From Diplonema japonicum (taxonomy: Eukaryota; Protista; Euglenozoa: Diplonemea): a DNA stretch of 64,000 bases. The stretch lies in contig OZ025697.1 in assembly GCA_964019335.1 (NCBI GenBank), forward strand, positions 124,001 through 188,000. Direction: 5' to 3'. The notes beneath the pieces were generated by a model. That model did no database searches, was not told where the DNA came from, and saw only the letters and a program-made list of their open reading frames with translations. A program made the position numbers and the translations under genes. Positions 13,509 through 26,885 of this stretch are shown here, one piece after another (position 1 is the first letter of the stretch; each line of letters begins with the position of its first letter).

Positions 13509-14520
13509 TTTTTTTCTTTTTTTTTTTTCCTTCTTCTTCCGCCCTCCCTTATTATCAGTTCCCCCCCCCCCTTCTTTTTTTTATATCAAGGGTAAAGAAA
13601 GTATAGGACAAAAGAAAAAAAAAACTCGGGGAAAATAAAAGAAAAACAAGAACGGGAGAAGAAAGTGGGGTTGTGGAGAATGAGTAGAGACAAAGTGTGG
13701 GGAAGGGGGGGGGCATAAATAAAAATGGTGGTAAAAAAGAAAAGAAAAAGACGGAGAGGTAGATTGGGGAGTGGGAGAAAAAGAAAAAAAAAAAAAAAAA
13801 AAAGGCAGGGGAGGAGGGGTGGGTTTGCAATAATACAAAATCTGGGCATATAAAAGAAAAACAGGGACGGGGGGATGTGGGGGTGAGGCATATAATCAAG
13901 GCACAAGTGCTTGGAGCCCTCTCTTGTCCCCCCCCACTCCTTACGCTCTTTTGTTTTTTTTCAAATTCATTTCACGACTCCCCTCTTTGAAAAGCACCTT
14001 CTTCCTTTTATTCTTTTACTTTTTTTTGACCCCCCTCATTTTTTTAATATTATTGTTGCACTGTAAAAGTGAAACAAACATAATAATAAAAAAAAACTAG
14101 GAGTGACGAAAACTAAAAATATTCACTACTACAAGTATTTTTTTTTTCTTTTTTTTTTTTTTTCTTCTTACTGTAAAAACCGACACAAGTTCGGACGGGT
14201 AAAAGGTCCGTTGAGGTCCGGAGAGCGGACAGTGTTTTATGGGTAAAGCCTTTCGGTAATTTTTCGCCTTAGCCAGTGTCTTTCTCAGTTTTAGGCTGGG
14301 AATGGTGGCAGCAAACAGTACAGATTCAGAGTGCGTTCTCATAGACCATCTCTAGCGTCCTGGGAAATGAACTTTATCGGTTTTTCAGTATTTCAAATTG
14401 ATCTCTCCACCCCCTCCCTCAAAAACAAAAGGAACGAGGGTTTAACCCTTTCATTTCTTTCTTTTTTTTTTTTTTTTTTTTTTCGCTGTCCATTCCCCCC
14501 GAAGAATGTGCACCACACAG

Positions 14521-14554
<34 letters not shown>

Positions 14555-15253
14555 AGAAAAAAAAAATTCCCATATTTTTTTTTTCCTTATTTCATCGGGT
14601 GGAAGGGAGAGGGAGAGAAAATGGGAAGAACTCATAATAAAGTTTATAAGTGTGTTGTTGTTGGTGTTGGTTTTTTTTTTTTTTTTTTTTTTGGCACGTA
14701 AAAAAAAAAAAAAAAAATAAGGAAAAAAAATACAGAAGAAGGGAAGGGAAGGGGAGGCGGAAAAAAAAAATAAAAAATGAAAAGAAGGGGAAGAGGGGGA
14801 GGGGGGAAAGGGCTCTCAGCATGAATGCTACAACTAAAGTAGAAGTGGGGGGGGAGATAAAAGAAGCTGGGATTCACAGAAGGGAAAGGAGGGGTACAAG
14901 CGATGATCTTTGTTATTTCTTTTCCGTGGGGGTTTTTGTTTTCTTTTTTTTTTTTTTTCATGCCCCGACCCCTCTTTCGGGAAAGGAAGGAAGGGGTAAA
15001 AAAAAAGAGAAAAAAAAAGAAAAAAAAGGGACCAAAAAAAAAAAATTTAGTACCTTTTTCTATACTACAACTTCCCTTTTTTTTTTCTAAAAAAAAAAAG
15101 TATAGAAGAAGAAATTAAAGAGAGAGAAAAAAAAAAGAAAGAAACATCAAAACCGCCCTCCCCTCAATTTTTTAAATTTCATTTCACACTCTCATATTGG
15201 CTTTTTCGCTTTTCAGAGGGCAAAGAGGGTAAGGTAACTAACGAGTAGAGACC

Positions 15254-15292
<39 letters not shown>

Positions 15293-15959
15293 CGGGATCA
15301 GGTAGTCATACGAGGGCAAGGAAGATATTGCCATCTGTTCTTTCATTGTTGTGTTTTTTTTTTTTTTTTTCTTTTTTATTTTCTTCGCTTTCCTTTAGTC
15401 TTCCTCCCCTCTTTCTATCAAGTAAGAATTCTTTTTTTTTCTGCCTTTTTCTTTTTTTGCGTAAACATCGGGCCGCGCCCACCCTGTCTTAAAGTCTTCT
15501 TTTTCTTCTTCTTTTTTTTATTTTTTAGAGAAAAAAAAAGTTTTTCCTTTTTCTTCATCGCTTAAAAATAAATTTTCTTTTTTTTTTTTATCCTTCTACT
15601 ATGTCCTCTCTCCCCCCTCCATTTTACGCAAAAAAAAAATCTCAAAAAAAAAAAAAAAAAAAAAAAAGAATGAGAAAGAGAGTGAGAATTCTACCTTATG
15701 TAAAACTGGGCAGACCTTCCTTTTATTTTAATACTTTTTTTTTCCCTTTTTTTAAAAACTTTTTTATTGACAACAAAAAAAGAGGGAGGGTGTTTGAGAG
15801 GAGGGGGGGAAAAAAAAAGGTAATGGGAGGGGGGGTGACATATCTTTGGGGGGTATAAAAAGTAAACAATGGGGGTGGGGGAACACAATGGGAATATGGG
15901 GAAAAAGAGAAAAAAAGCAAAAAAAAAAAAAAAACAACAAAAAAAAATCAAAAAAACTA

Positions 15960-16045
15960 CTACTTTCTGAGGATCTGTTCGGGGGGGACGCCCTCCGAGT
16001 GAGATCCATCAAACCACCTAATGTTGTAGGTACCGTCAGGAGCCT

Positions 16046-16076
<31 letters not shown>

Positions 16077-19000
16077 CATCATACCTTGGACCAGATAGTA
16101 CCCTCGTAGTACTCGCCATCGATGTACTGAGCCTTGATAACTTCGTCAGGTGTGAATTCCTTTTTTTTTTTTTTTTTTTTTTTTTTATAAATTTTTTCTC
16201 CCCTCCCCCCGTGCATACCACCACCTCGCCACCCTCTGCGTAGCTAGTCGGCTCGTAACTGGAGTAGTACTCCTCCGACCCAGCAGAAGTGTAGTTGTAG
16301 TCGTTGTATGACGTGTACTCCCCGTCCTTCTGCGGTCCGCCCTGGGAAGGCCCAGCTTGGCGGCCTGCGCTCTGCTGGTTGCTCTCATATGTCTGCATCT
16401 GGGAACCTTCATAGACCTCTTTCTTCTGCTCCTCCTCCTTGTCCTTCTTGTCCCTGCAGCAGCACCACAGAAGCAGGATCAAGCAAAGCAACAACAGGAA
16501 TGCACCCAGACCGATCAGAAGCCACACCCACCAATCCCAGCTGTCGTCGTCATCGCTGTCTGGCGAGGGGGTCGTAGTCACGGTAACAACATCCGTCAGC
16601 ACAGAGTTCACACCAATGGGCTCAAAGGTCCCTGTCTTCAGCTGGCAAGTCGATGTTGTAGAGCATGACGTGATGTCTGTGTTCAGTGTGTTGGTGGCTG
16701 TCGTCTGCTGTGCGGTCTTCGTGGCGGACCCTGGCGCGGCACCTGTCTCGAGGTCGAAGTCCACAATGACCTGGTCGCTGGTAACAGCCTGCATGAGCTC
16801 TGCCAATCTCGAGGTGGTGATGCTGTCCCCAGCCGCGCACCCAATGGCAAGCCTCCCAGCGGTGTCGGCAGGGCACACATCGTTCGTGCACCTGCTCCTC
16901 TGGCACACCCACTTCACGCTGATGGTCGTAAGGCCTGAGATGACATTGCGCAGGATGTTCATGACAGTGGTGATGAATGCGCTCTTAGAGAACAGAGCAA
17001 CAGATGTCGTGCTCTTGAGGTACATACGCATCCACCTCTGGTTACCGGCAGGAGTGGGGGGCGTCGGCCCACCAGCCAACAGCCCGGTCACCGTGAATGT
17101 GAAAGAAGTAGAAGCGCCTTGGCTGTCGGTGGCAGTGCATGTAACGTCCGACACGCCGACGTTGTTGATCGCGAAGTTCAACTGCCCGCCTGCTGTCATG
17201 GTAGGGTTCGTGGAGAAGATGTTGGCACCAGATGTCCCGCAGACAACGGAAGTGATGGTCTGCGTGGTCTCGCCAGTGCCCGGGTGCATGTTAGTGATGT
17301 ACAGCTGGCTGAACGACGAAACTGCCCCCACCGCGGAGATGGTCACATCAAGGTTGTTGCATCGGTTGGCGCCAGTGATGATGTTGCCGTTGGGGCAGCT
17401 CCTGAAGTTGCAAACACCGTCGCAAGGGGCCCTGTTCGAGGCAGAGGCGCAGCTGCCAGTGCAGACGAAACCGTTGCAAGCAAAGTTACCGCTGAACCCA
17501 GTGACACACTGGCATGTGTTGCCGTTCTGCACGGTGTTGGCGTATTGTGCGCACGAGTTAGAAGTAGAGCAGCTGCCAGTGCAAACGAAACCGTTGCAAG
17601 CAAGGTTGCCGCTGAACCCAGTGATACACTGGCATGTGTTGCCGTTCTGCACGGTGTTGGGGTACTGCGCGCACGAAGAAGCGCAGCTACCAGTGCAGAC
17701 GAAGCCATTGCAGACAAGGTTACCGCTGAATCCTGTGGCGCACTGGCATGTGTTGCCATTCTGCACACTGTTGGGGTACGTGACGCACGAAGTAGGAGTT
17801 GTAGTGCAGGAACCAGTGCAAACGAAGGAGTTGGTGTTACAGGCGAAGTTGCCACTGAACCCAGCGGCGCACTGGCAAGTGTTGCCACTCTGCACAGTGT
17901 TAGGGTATGCTGCACATGAGGTAGCGGTGCAGGAGCCAGTGCAAACGAAGCCATTGCAGACTAAGTTACCGCTGAACCCTGTTGTGCACTGGCAAGTGTT
18001 GCCGTTCTGCACGGTGTTGGGGTACTGCGTGCACCCGCCAGTGGTAGAAGTGCAAGTGTGCGTCCATGCTTGCCTCGAAGAGTCCCACTGAGGAGTACTA
18101 GGGTTGCTTACGAAACCAGCATTGCAAGGACACCCGGTACCAGAAGCGCCAGTGGGGCACTGGGCAAGCGAACAGGTGTGCGTCCACCTGGTACCGGTCA
18201 GCCAGTTGGGGGTTCCAGCGTATCCAGTGTCACAGACACAGTTTGGTGCCTGAGAGTTGGTAGGGCACGCCTGAAGGTCGCACGTGTGCGTCCAAGCAGT
18301 GCCACTCCAAACGGCAAGACCAGCGTACCCGGTGTTACAAATGCAGGAACCCGAGATGCCGTTAGTGTTGGCCGGACACGTAGCGGCAGTGCACGTACCA
18401 GCCCAGCCGCTACCTTGCCAAACAACGCTGCCGGTGAACCCGTTCAAACAGGTACACACACCAGCGGGGCCAGCTCCAGTCGGGCAAGGCACACCAGTGC
18501 ACCCAGTGGCGGTGAAAGACCCGCCGTTAACCGGACAATCAACCGCAGGGGTTCCGGAGGTTGTGAAGCCCTGCGCGCAAGTAACCGCACCGCAGCCTGC
18601 AATAGTAGTGCACGTGTTGCCACCAGCGAGGATGTACCCCGAAAGGGAGTTGCCCGGGGCCAAGCATGTGGTGATCTGACACTGATGGGTCCACGTGCCC
18701 GTGGTGTTGTCAAAGTTGGGGGTACCAGAGAAGCCAGGCAAGCAGTTGCAAGTGGCCGGGTCAGCGTTCGCGGGGCAGGCGGCAGGTGTGCAGGTGTGGG
18801 TCCATGCACCAAGGTTGTTACTGCCACCAGTGGGGTCCCAGACGGGAGTGCCACTGTTTCCAACGTTGCAGACGCACGAACCCACGGGCTGGGAGTTCGT
18901 GGGGCAAGGCACGGCCGCGCAAACGTGGATCCAGTGTGTCCCATTCCAGTTGGGGGTACCAGTGTAACCAACGTTGCACGGGCAGTTTGTACCGTTGGCA

Positions 19001-22000
19001 CCAGCAGGGCAGCTAGCAGCTGTATGAGTTTTACTTTTATACAAATTGACATACGTGCGCAGCCGGTAAAGGTGAACTGGCCACCCGACGTGAAGCAGGT
19101 GATGGCGGGTGTGCCAGTGTAACCAGTAGCGCAGGTGATGGATCCGCATGTGGTGGCGGTGGTGCATGTAGGGGCCTGGATGTCGTAGCCAACGAAGTTG
19201 TTCAATGGGGCCTGGCACGTGTTGGCTGTGTGATGTGAATTGACGTGTATTTACAAGCAACATACGAACACAGCCCGCTGCGTTGAATGCGTTGCCAGGA
19301 GACTGGCATGCGATGATGGGCGACGACCCGGTGAAGCCAGCAGCACAAGTAACTGCCCCACAGGCTGACGCAACAGTGCACGTGGGAGTTGCCACGCTGT
19401 ACCCTAGGAGAGGAGTGGACTGGGGGCTCAGGCAGACATTCTCAGAGCAGCCCGTTCCTTGGAAGGCACCGTTGTGTACAGCACAGATCAGGGCAGGGGT
19501 GTTCGAGCCGGCATTGTACCCAGCTGCGCAAGACACGGTGCCGCATGTGGTCCTAGTGTTGCACGCTGCGCCACCTGCTGTAGTGTAGCCGTTGAGGTTC
19601 CCAACGCCAGTGCAGTTGTTCTCAACGCATCCCGAAGCAGTAAAGGTACCGCCCTCAACCAAGCACTTCAGCTCGGGGAAGGGGTCGTCATGGAAACCCG
19701 AGGCACAAGTGATGGTCCCACACGCAGTCTCGGAGTTGCAGCCAGCAGCCCTGCCCGGAATGGTGTACCACGGGAAGTCGTTAGCGGTAAGTGCATTGCA
19801 TGTGTTCTCTGTTGTTACATTGATAAGTCATAAGGCAGCATACCAATGCAGCACGTGGCGTGGTTGCAAACACCGTTGCAGGTAGTGGCGAGAGGGTTTC
19901 TCCTAGACCCAGGAACGCAGTTGAAGTTGATGCAGTCAGTGGCGTCACAGCACGTGGCGGCATCACAGTTCGCGGGGCTGCTACCGTTGCAGGAAAGGCT
20001 TTCGGGGAGCAGCTTCAGCTGGTAACCGGGTTGCGAGCAAGTAGTGAAGCCTGTATTGTCACACGAAGCGTCACAGCAGGTAGTGATGTCGCACGAAGAA
20101 GCGAGGTTGGTGGAGCAGCGGATGGCACCAATGTTTGTCTTCTCGTTGAGACCCATGGCAGTGCACCCGGTGAAGGAGTTGCAAGTAGCTGTGTTTGTTG
20201 TGTTATTTGAAATGCGACAACATACCGTCACAGCAGATATCGGCCGTGCAGTCAACAGACGCGGTGCCAGAGGTACCAGTGCAGAAGATGGCCTCAGGAC
20301 TGGGCTTTCTCAGCAAGCCGGCCTGTCCAGAGCAGGCAGTAAACAAGGGGTTGTCACAGGTCGCCCTGCATGTGTGGCTCCATGTCCTGGTAGTCGTGTC
20401 CCAGACAGGGCCACCACCGCCAACCACACCGTAACCAGTGTCACAGTTGCAAACACCGTCACCACTAGCGAAAGTGGGGCAAGCTACAAGGTTGCAACCA
20501 GTCAGCGAAAACATGCCACCAGCGTTGTTGCAAATGATCGAGGGTGTCCCGGTGTACCCCTGCGAGCAAGTGACTGTGCCGCACGACGTCACAGTGGTGC
20601 AAGTGTTACCGCCAGAGAATTGATACTCAGGGCGACTGGTACCCGGAGCAGTACACACCAAATCATCACAGCACTCAGTCTGCTGGCACTGGGGACAAGT
20701 AGTCATGTCACAGCCAGCGGGTCCAGTGCAGTTAACCGCCGCGGGGGTTGCAACCAGAGCAGTACCGGCAGCGCAGCCAGAGAAGAAAGTGTTAGCGCAG
20801 TGGGGAATACAAACATGGGTCCATGTAAGTGAGGCTGCGACCCAGACAGGGGTACCAGTCCACCCGACGTTGCAAGTGCACGAACCGACGCCAGCCGCGT
20901 CTGCAGGGCAGGGCACTACGTCGCAGCACTGAGCGTCGGTGCAGACACCGCCAGTGCAAGTAACGGCACCTGGAGTTGTGAGAGGAGAGTACCCAACACC
21001 ACAAGTGTGGGTGGTGCATGTAGCAGTGCAAGTGATACCACCAGTGGGGGAGTCCCCGTCGTTAGCGTTCGATGCGCAGGTCAGGGTGCCGGCGGAACCA
21101 GAATAGCCAGTATCGCACTGCAAGCTGCAAGTGGGGTTCGTGGTGGAAGTGAGTTGACCGTTGTTGACACATGGAGTGCCCATCCCGCCAATCACACCAG
21201 TGGGGAACGCGTAGGCCGCACACTGGTTCTCAGTGCAGGTGATGGTACCGGTGGGTGCCGCACCGTTGGTGATGCCAGTACCACAAACGATCGTGGCAGC
21301 AGTTCCACTGTACCCAGGAGCACACTGCACACCGCACGAGGGGGAGGTGATCGGGGCCAAAACAATGCCAGTAGTGCAAGGGGTACCGCTCGTCCCGCCA
21401 ACAACACCTGTTGGCAGGGTGTAGGCCGCACACTGCTTCTCTACACACGTCACACCAGGGCCTGACAGGATACCGGTGTTGGAGCACTGCAGTTGACCGG
21501 TTGCGGTAACGTAGCCAGCCGCGCAGTCAATGTTGCAGGCGGTGTCAACAACGGCGCTCAACACAATGCCATCAGTGCACGCGTCAGTAGTACCACCAAC
21601 CTGGCCGGTAGTGAAAGCGTAGGCAGTGCATGTGATTTCGGTACAAGTGTGAGTCCAGGAAGTAGCACCCCACTGAGGAGTACCAGTAAAACCAGTGTCG
21701 CAGTTGCAGACGCCGACACCGTTGGAGTTAGCGGGGCACGGGGCAGCGGTAGGGCAGCACACCATGTTGTTTCCCATATCCATAGCAGTGCACTGGGGCA
21801 TAGCAACAGCATCCACAGCTGTGCACATAGTGGCGGCAGGGTTGGCACCCTTGTTGTACCTGTAATGTTTTGTTATACTAAATTACAACCCACATACCCG
21901 TCGGGGCAGGTGTAGATGTCACAGGTAGAAGGCCCGATGCACGGGTTGGTAAGCACCCACTGGCCAACATCACCCATCTGAGTGCAAGTCAAAGTGGGGG

Positions 22001-23112
22001 CGCCAGCCATGTTCGCGGTGAACCCGTCGGTGTTGCAGGTCAGGGTACAGGCAGTCTTCTTCACGTCATCACACATGGACAGCCCGCCCATCGGGTCGTT
22101 AATGCCGTTAGCCACGTGGTCGAAGGCACCACTGCAAGTCACAATGTTGCAAGTCAGCGAAGTGGTGGACGCAGTTCCTGCTGTGGCAGCGACGGCGCAT
22201 CCCAGAACACCAGTGCCACTCACATAGCCGTTGGCGGTGTCACACTGCAGGTTGCAGGTAGGGTTTGAAATAGGTCCCAGGATAACCATGTCGGTGCAGC
22301 CCAGCACGCTGCCTGCATCAGCTCCAGCGATGATACCGGTGGTCGGGGAATTCAGGGCGAAAGCGGCACAGAAGTTCTCGGTACACTGACCTGCGGTGGG
22401 GCCGGGGAGGGCAGCACCCGTGGCGCAGGTCGCTAAACCAAGACCTGCCGTGCAGGTGTAACCATTGTCCTGGATCCAAGTGCAGGTGCCGCCGTCAGCA
22501 ACGGTGCCTCCCTCCGTGCACCCAGGGGCCAGAGACGCGCCAGTGACAGTGTTGATCGCGCAATCGGCTGTGGGGGGATATTGCATTATTTTGTGTAATG
22601 TGACATACGAACGCAAGTAACAGCAGGGGCAAACGTGCCACCAACACCGCAAGTGGTGTCGCAAGTACCTCCGCCACAGCTGTGAGCAGCAACGCAAGCG
22701 ACAGTGACGACATCCTCAGTCCTACCGTTTATGGCTGTGGGCATGGCGTTTGCCACCATCAACGCAGTGCACGAAACGCCGATGAAGGAAGGGGTACTCC
22801 AGGTCGTACCAGTGCAGGTGGCTACGTCGGAGCCAGCCGACGATGCCTCGTACCCAGCCTTCGTGAAGACACAGGTTTCAGTGGTCGCAACTGTACCACC
22901 CGCAGCACAGTTGGCCACCGTGGTGCTCGCCGCATCAACCATCATGACAGCACCCGTAATAATATTTCTATTTATTATGTTCATCAAAACAAGAAAATGA
23001 CATACTGCCCAATGTACGTGTTCGACCTCAAGGTCAACCGCAAGACATCAAATGAGCATTGCGCACTAACATGCGTCACTAGCAACAGCGTGAGTGCCGC
23101 TGTTCGGAACAT
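15960..23112 (-). CDS. Giant (~2262 aa) Cys-rich type I surface protein with EGF/sushi-like repeats, cadherin-like Ig domain, TM and cytoplasmic Tudor-like domain
   Basis: Signal peptide MFRTAALTLLLVTHVSA. Nine GT-AG introns (22968-23005, 22568-22608, 21860-21897, 20189-20225, 19809-19843, 19226-19265, 19020-19054, 16160-16218, 16044-16084) give one continuous frame of 6789 nt. TM WWVWLLIGLGAFLLLLCLILLLWCCC. Confidence 0.85.
17450..18035 (-). repeat. Five tandem Cys-rich coding repeats (CxxYPNTVQNGNTCQCxTGFSGNLxCNGFVCTGSC)
   Basis: Units of about 114-126 bp with high nucleotide identity. Confidence 0.9.
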
Positions 23113-23183
23113 TTTTTTTGCTAGTCTCTTCCTTTTTTTGGGGGTAGGTTTTTTGAGCGGGAAAAAAAAAAAAAAAAAAAAGT

Positions 23184-23951
23184 TCAAAACCAATACGCCA
23201 CTGAAATAGACCGTGACAACGCTCTCAAGGAATGGTACCACCCCTCTGGGATCAGCGCGGAGTCTCCTGGTTTGAGGGTGACCCGCTTCATCTTCTCAAT
23301 GTCAGGGAGCGTCACCTCCAAGCCTTCGTCCAAACGAGACAGTACATGGGAAACAACAGAAGGTTCTCTGTAGTTCTTGAAGCTAGACAGGCTGTCTGCA
23401 GTGATGGACATGGGCGGATACAGTTCTAAAAGCTTTTCACCGAAGACCTGACAGAACAGGTTTTTAGTTGGGTCGGTGTGGAGTGGGGTGAAACTGCCCG
23501 AGGGACCGATGAAGAGGACAGGGAGGCACCCCTCTGGTACCCCTTCTGGGCAGACAACGTGCCTGCGTAAAGAAGGGATCTGCAGAGTAAGCGGGTGTTG
23601 CGCCAGATACTCATCCGGCTTATTTCGCAGAAGTAAGTCTTTCAAGGGCATGAAAGCCGTTGTTGCCTTGACCATGGTCTCCCCTACCTCTACAGGAACA
23701 TGCCGTTCCCCATGGTTTTTAATGAAGAATTCCAGGTTCCATGTTGGCTTTTGCTCCGGTGTGCCAAACAACTCACTATATATCTCGGCTGCGACTTCCA
23801 CAGCTTTTCTCATTTCTCTGGATTCAGCCAACCCTACCCCTCCCATGGCTATCGCAACGTCAATGTCCCTGAGACCTTTCTTGTCTCTATCTTTTCCCGC
23901 CCTCTCCGTCACATCTTGTAATAAAGCACGTATTTCGTTGTCATCTTGCAT
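23184..23951 (-). CDS. JmjC-domain hydroxylase, JMJD5/KDM8-like
   Basis: DIDVAIAMGG, YLAQH.L, FIGPSGSFTPLHTDP..NLFCQVFGEK (HxD), LKPGD..LIPEGWYH, SISV.YWF. Confidence 0.85.
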   Translation of the reverse strand: MQDDNEIRALLQDVTERAGKDRDKKGLRDIDVAIAMGGVGLAESREMRKAVEVAAEIYSELFGTPEQKPTWNLEFFIKNHGERHVPVEVGETMVKATTAFMPLKDLLLRNKPDEYLAQHPLTLQIPSLRRHVVCPEGVPEGCLPVLFIGPSGSFTPLHTDPTKNLFCQVFGEKLLELYPPMSITADSLSSFKNYREPSVVSHVLSRLDEGLEVTLPDIEKMKRVTLKPGDSALIPEGWYHSLRALSRSISVAYWF

Positions 23952-24132
23952 CCCCGCTGTAGAAATTAAACCATGTGTAAGATGGAGTGTCTATTTAAGG
24001 AATACAAATAATGTCGGTCAGAGAAAGAAAGAAAAAAAAGGGGGGGTTAGATTTTTCTTCTTTTTCTTATTCTTTTTTTTTTTTTTATGAGACAATCAAC
24101 ATCCCCCACATCCCCTCCCTTTTTTTTCTTCT

Positions 24133-26707
24133 TCACAAATCGGTATTCTCGCTGAGGCTCATCGACAATTTAAACTCATCTGCAATTTTTTTTAAAAAGT
24201 TTTTTTCCTCCCCCTTTTTATTGAACAAATTCCATACCATTCCCAAGCGACACATAGAGCCGCTGCGCGCAAGGCTCGACGTCGGGGTTGGGTGGCATTG
24301 CTGGCTGACCTATTAAAAAAAATTTTCTTTTCCTTTTTTTTTTCCTTCCCATACCAAAATCAAGTGGCGGCCTATCGCAAACACAGCGTATTATAAACTC
24401 TCGTCGATCGGGCTCGCGGACCTGTTCTAAATTCCCATCTGCCCCCGAAATGGGAAGCGCGACACGGCGCAGGACTTCCCACTGAGATTTGGTTAGGGTA
24501 CACGAAGAAGCATGGGTGAAACAATCCGCTATCTCCAGAGCAGTCGCGGCATCTTCCGACTTCGTAACGAAGATCATCACCCTGTCGAGGAGCGACGTTG
24601 CAGTGGAAATGCAGACCTCCAGCTTCTCTAAGGCGTCGGACGCCTTTGTGTACCTCTCACGATCTGAATTTTCAGTCTTCAGTATGCACAGGATTTCCTT
24701 CCGTACACTGTCTGACATTGCTTTGACCGAGCCGAGTCTTTTCCCGTATGACGAGACGCTTAAGCAATCGTAAATACCCAAAATCACTTTATCCGCCATG
24801 CATCGCACCACGTCAGGGATCTCTGTGTTTCGAAGCCACCCCATTGCGGTTTGCCCTTTAGCCGCGGGGTTGAACAGCGGGGCTTGTTCGCGTGCTGGGA
24901 CGGGTTTTGCTTCGTTCCATAGTTTGACCCACGGGTTCCCGCTTACCGACATTCTTTCGGACAGGAAGTCCTTTTTGTTCGAAAGGTCAATATCTCTTGG
25001 AGAATGCCATTGTATGAAATCTGCGAGAATAAGGTGATCGCTTTGGTTCGCGGCCTTGAAAGCTTCCATGTCAGACTTTAATGCTTCGGTGTGGTACGAT
25101 TCACGAATGTCGGAAGCAATTCTCGACGATCCAAGCGAAGCCATCTCCTGTTGGGTTTTCTCAACGCAGTCGGAGGTTGCAGGGCAGGGTTGCTGCGTGA
25201 AAGGGATACAGACCACACAGGTAGCATCCTTGAACAAAAACCTGGTTTTTTCCTCGATTGTGTCGCTTTGCAGGTTTATCTCGGGAACTTCCCAACCGTT
25301 TCCCTCTTTTTCCATGTCACCGTCTTCCAAGGGTGTTCCGAAGAAATCGTCGTCGGAACCAGACCCCCAGCCTTCTTTTGCTTCTGGGGTTGAAGGGGAG
25401 CTTTCGCGGCACTCGGAAACCTGTTTAATACAGAAGTTCAAAAGGATGATCTTTTGTTCCACCAACGGCAGGTCCCAGTCGATCTCCCCCTCGCACTGTG
25501 TGAACGGGATCGGTTTCTTCTCCTCCCAACGGGTTTCGAGAAACTCGACGAAAACCAACCATAGAACCTGAACGTCGCGGAGGCTATCGAAGGAAACCGC
25601 TGCTTCAAGAGACAGTCTGGAAAGCAGCGATGCGGCACCGTAGGACTCATCCTGCTGACAGCATTTCTCGACAATGCAAAGGCATTTCTTCTCCAGACTG
25701 TTTTTCAAATCGGAGTCCCGCTGCGGGTCGTAATAAGGCCCCGCAGCATGCATTGCAATATTTCCGATCAATGACGACGCTGTGCTCGCCCATGAAGCGT
25801 TGCGCCGAGTGTCTGAAATGTAGTATGAAGGCGGCGGGACTAAGGGACCCGATTCTCCACGCTTGTAGGTTGATTCTAATATCAAATCAGCGAATTTTCG
25901 AAGGTTTTCTGTCAGCCTGGGACGGGGGTTGGTTGAAAACCTCAGGGACAACCGTGCCACGGGCGGGCTGAGAAGGTCGAAGGCAGACCAAACATTATTA
26001 TCAATAAGCCCGGCCTCGCTTGCCACGGGCCAGATTAGCTCCGTGTCCATCCCTACGATTGGGTCGCACACGGTGCCCCATTCAAGCTTACCCTCGTTCA
26101 CAACAGATATGAGATGTTCCCATTCCGCCGGCGAGTAGCCTTTGTTGTGGTATGTGAACCGTGTAGTGACACGCATCCCATCACCATCAAGTGTCGATTG
26201 CAGCCCTAAGTTAAGATAGAACAGGTCCATCAGCTCCTCGAGGGTGGTGCAGTTGGGCGGTGCCTCGGGACGTGATTCTGCGTGAAACGATGTTGAGAAA
26301 TGTGGTGTTGCTGAAATGCCTATTTGTCCGGCAAAGCAAGGTATGTAGAAGTCCGCTCCTGCGGCTGCTAGGTTGAGGATGCTGAGCAATTCTTCGGAGC
26401 TTGCATGGCCGTTCAGGGATTCTATCACCACGTATGTTGTCACTCCGTACAGTCGTGTGTGCTCTTCGGTTTGTTCTGCAAAGTCGTGGTCGGCGAGTAA
26501 GATATCCCGCATGGTGTCCCCTTTCCCGCTCCGATAGTACCTGACTACGAGCTCTTCTCCGTTCAGCATCACCGTCTCGACCTCGCCCCCTTTCCCTTCT
26601 CGTTTCCACTCCCGTAAGACCCCCTCTACCTGCCCGCAGCATTTTTCAAAACCGGTTGCTTGGGAATAGTCGTTTATTTCCAAGGGTTCTTCCTCAGGGG
26701 TTGTCAT
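24133..26707 (-). CDS. RAB3GAP1: Rab3 GTPase-activating protein catalytic subunit
   Basis: EINDYSQAT.FE, LKSDMEAFKAAN, DFIQWHSPRD, LSERM...GNPW..LW..AKPVPAREQ.PLF. Introns 24310-24354 and 24180-24237 give the C-terminus QRLYVSLGNDEFKLSMSLSE. Confidence 0.88.
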
Positions 26708-26885
26708 TTAAATTTTTTTTCTCTTGACACTTGCACCTGGCATTTCTCTTTTTTTCTTTTTTTTGTATATTATTTTGGGGGATTACTCTAATAGAATAGA
26801 AAAACTGCAATCGTCTTTAAAAAGACGTTTTTTTTTTTTTTTTTTTCGTTTTGTTTTTTTCTTTATTTCACTCTTCGTCATTTTC

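Noticed and set aside
19020-23005. Programmed frameshifts, RNA editing, non-canonical introns or pseudogenisation to explain the broken ORFs
   Set aside because: Every break is resolved by a short canonical GT-AG intron that restores the frame.
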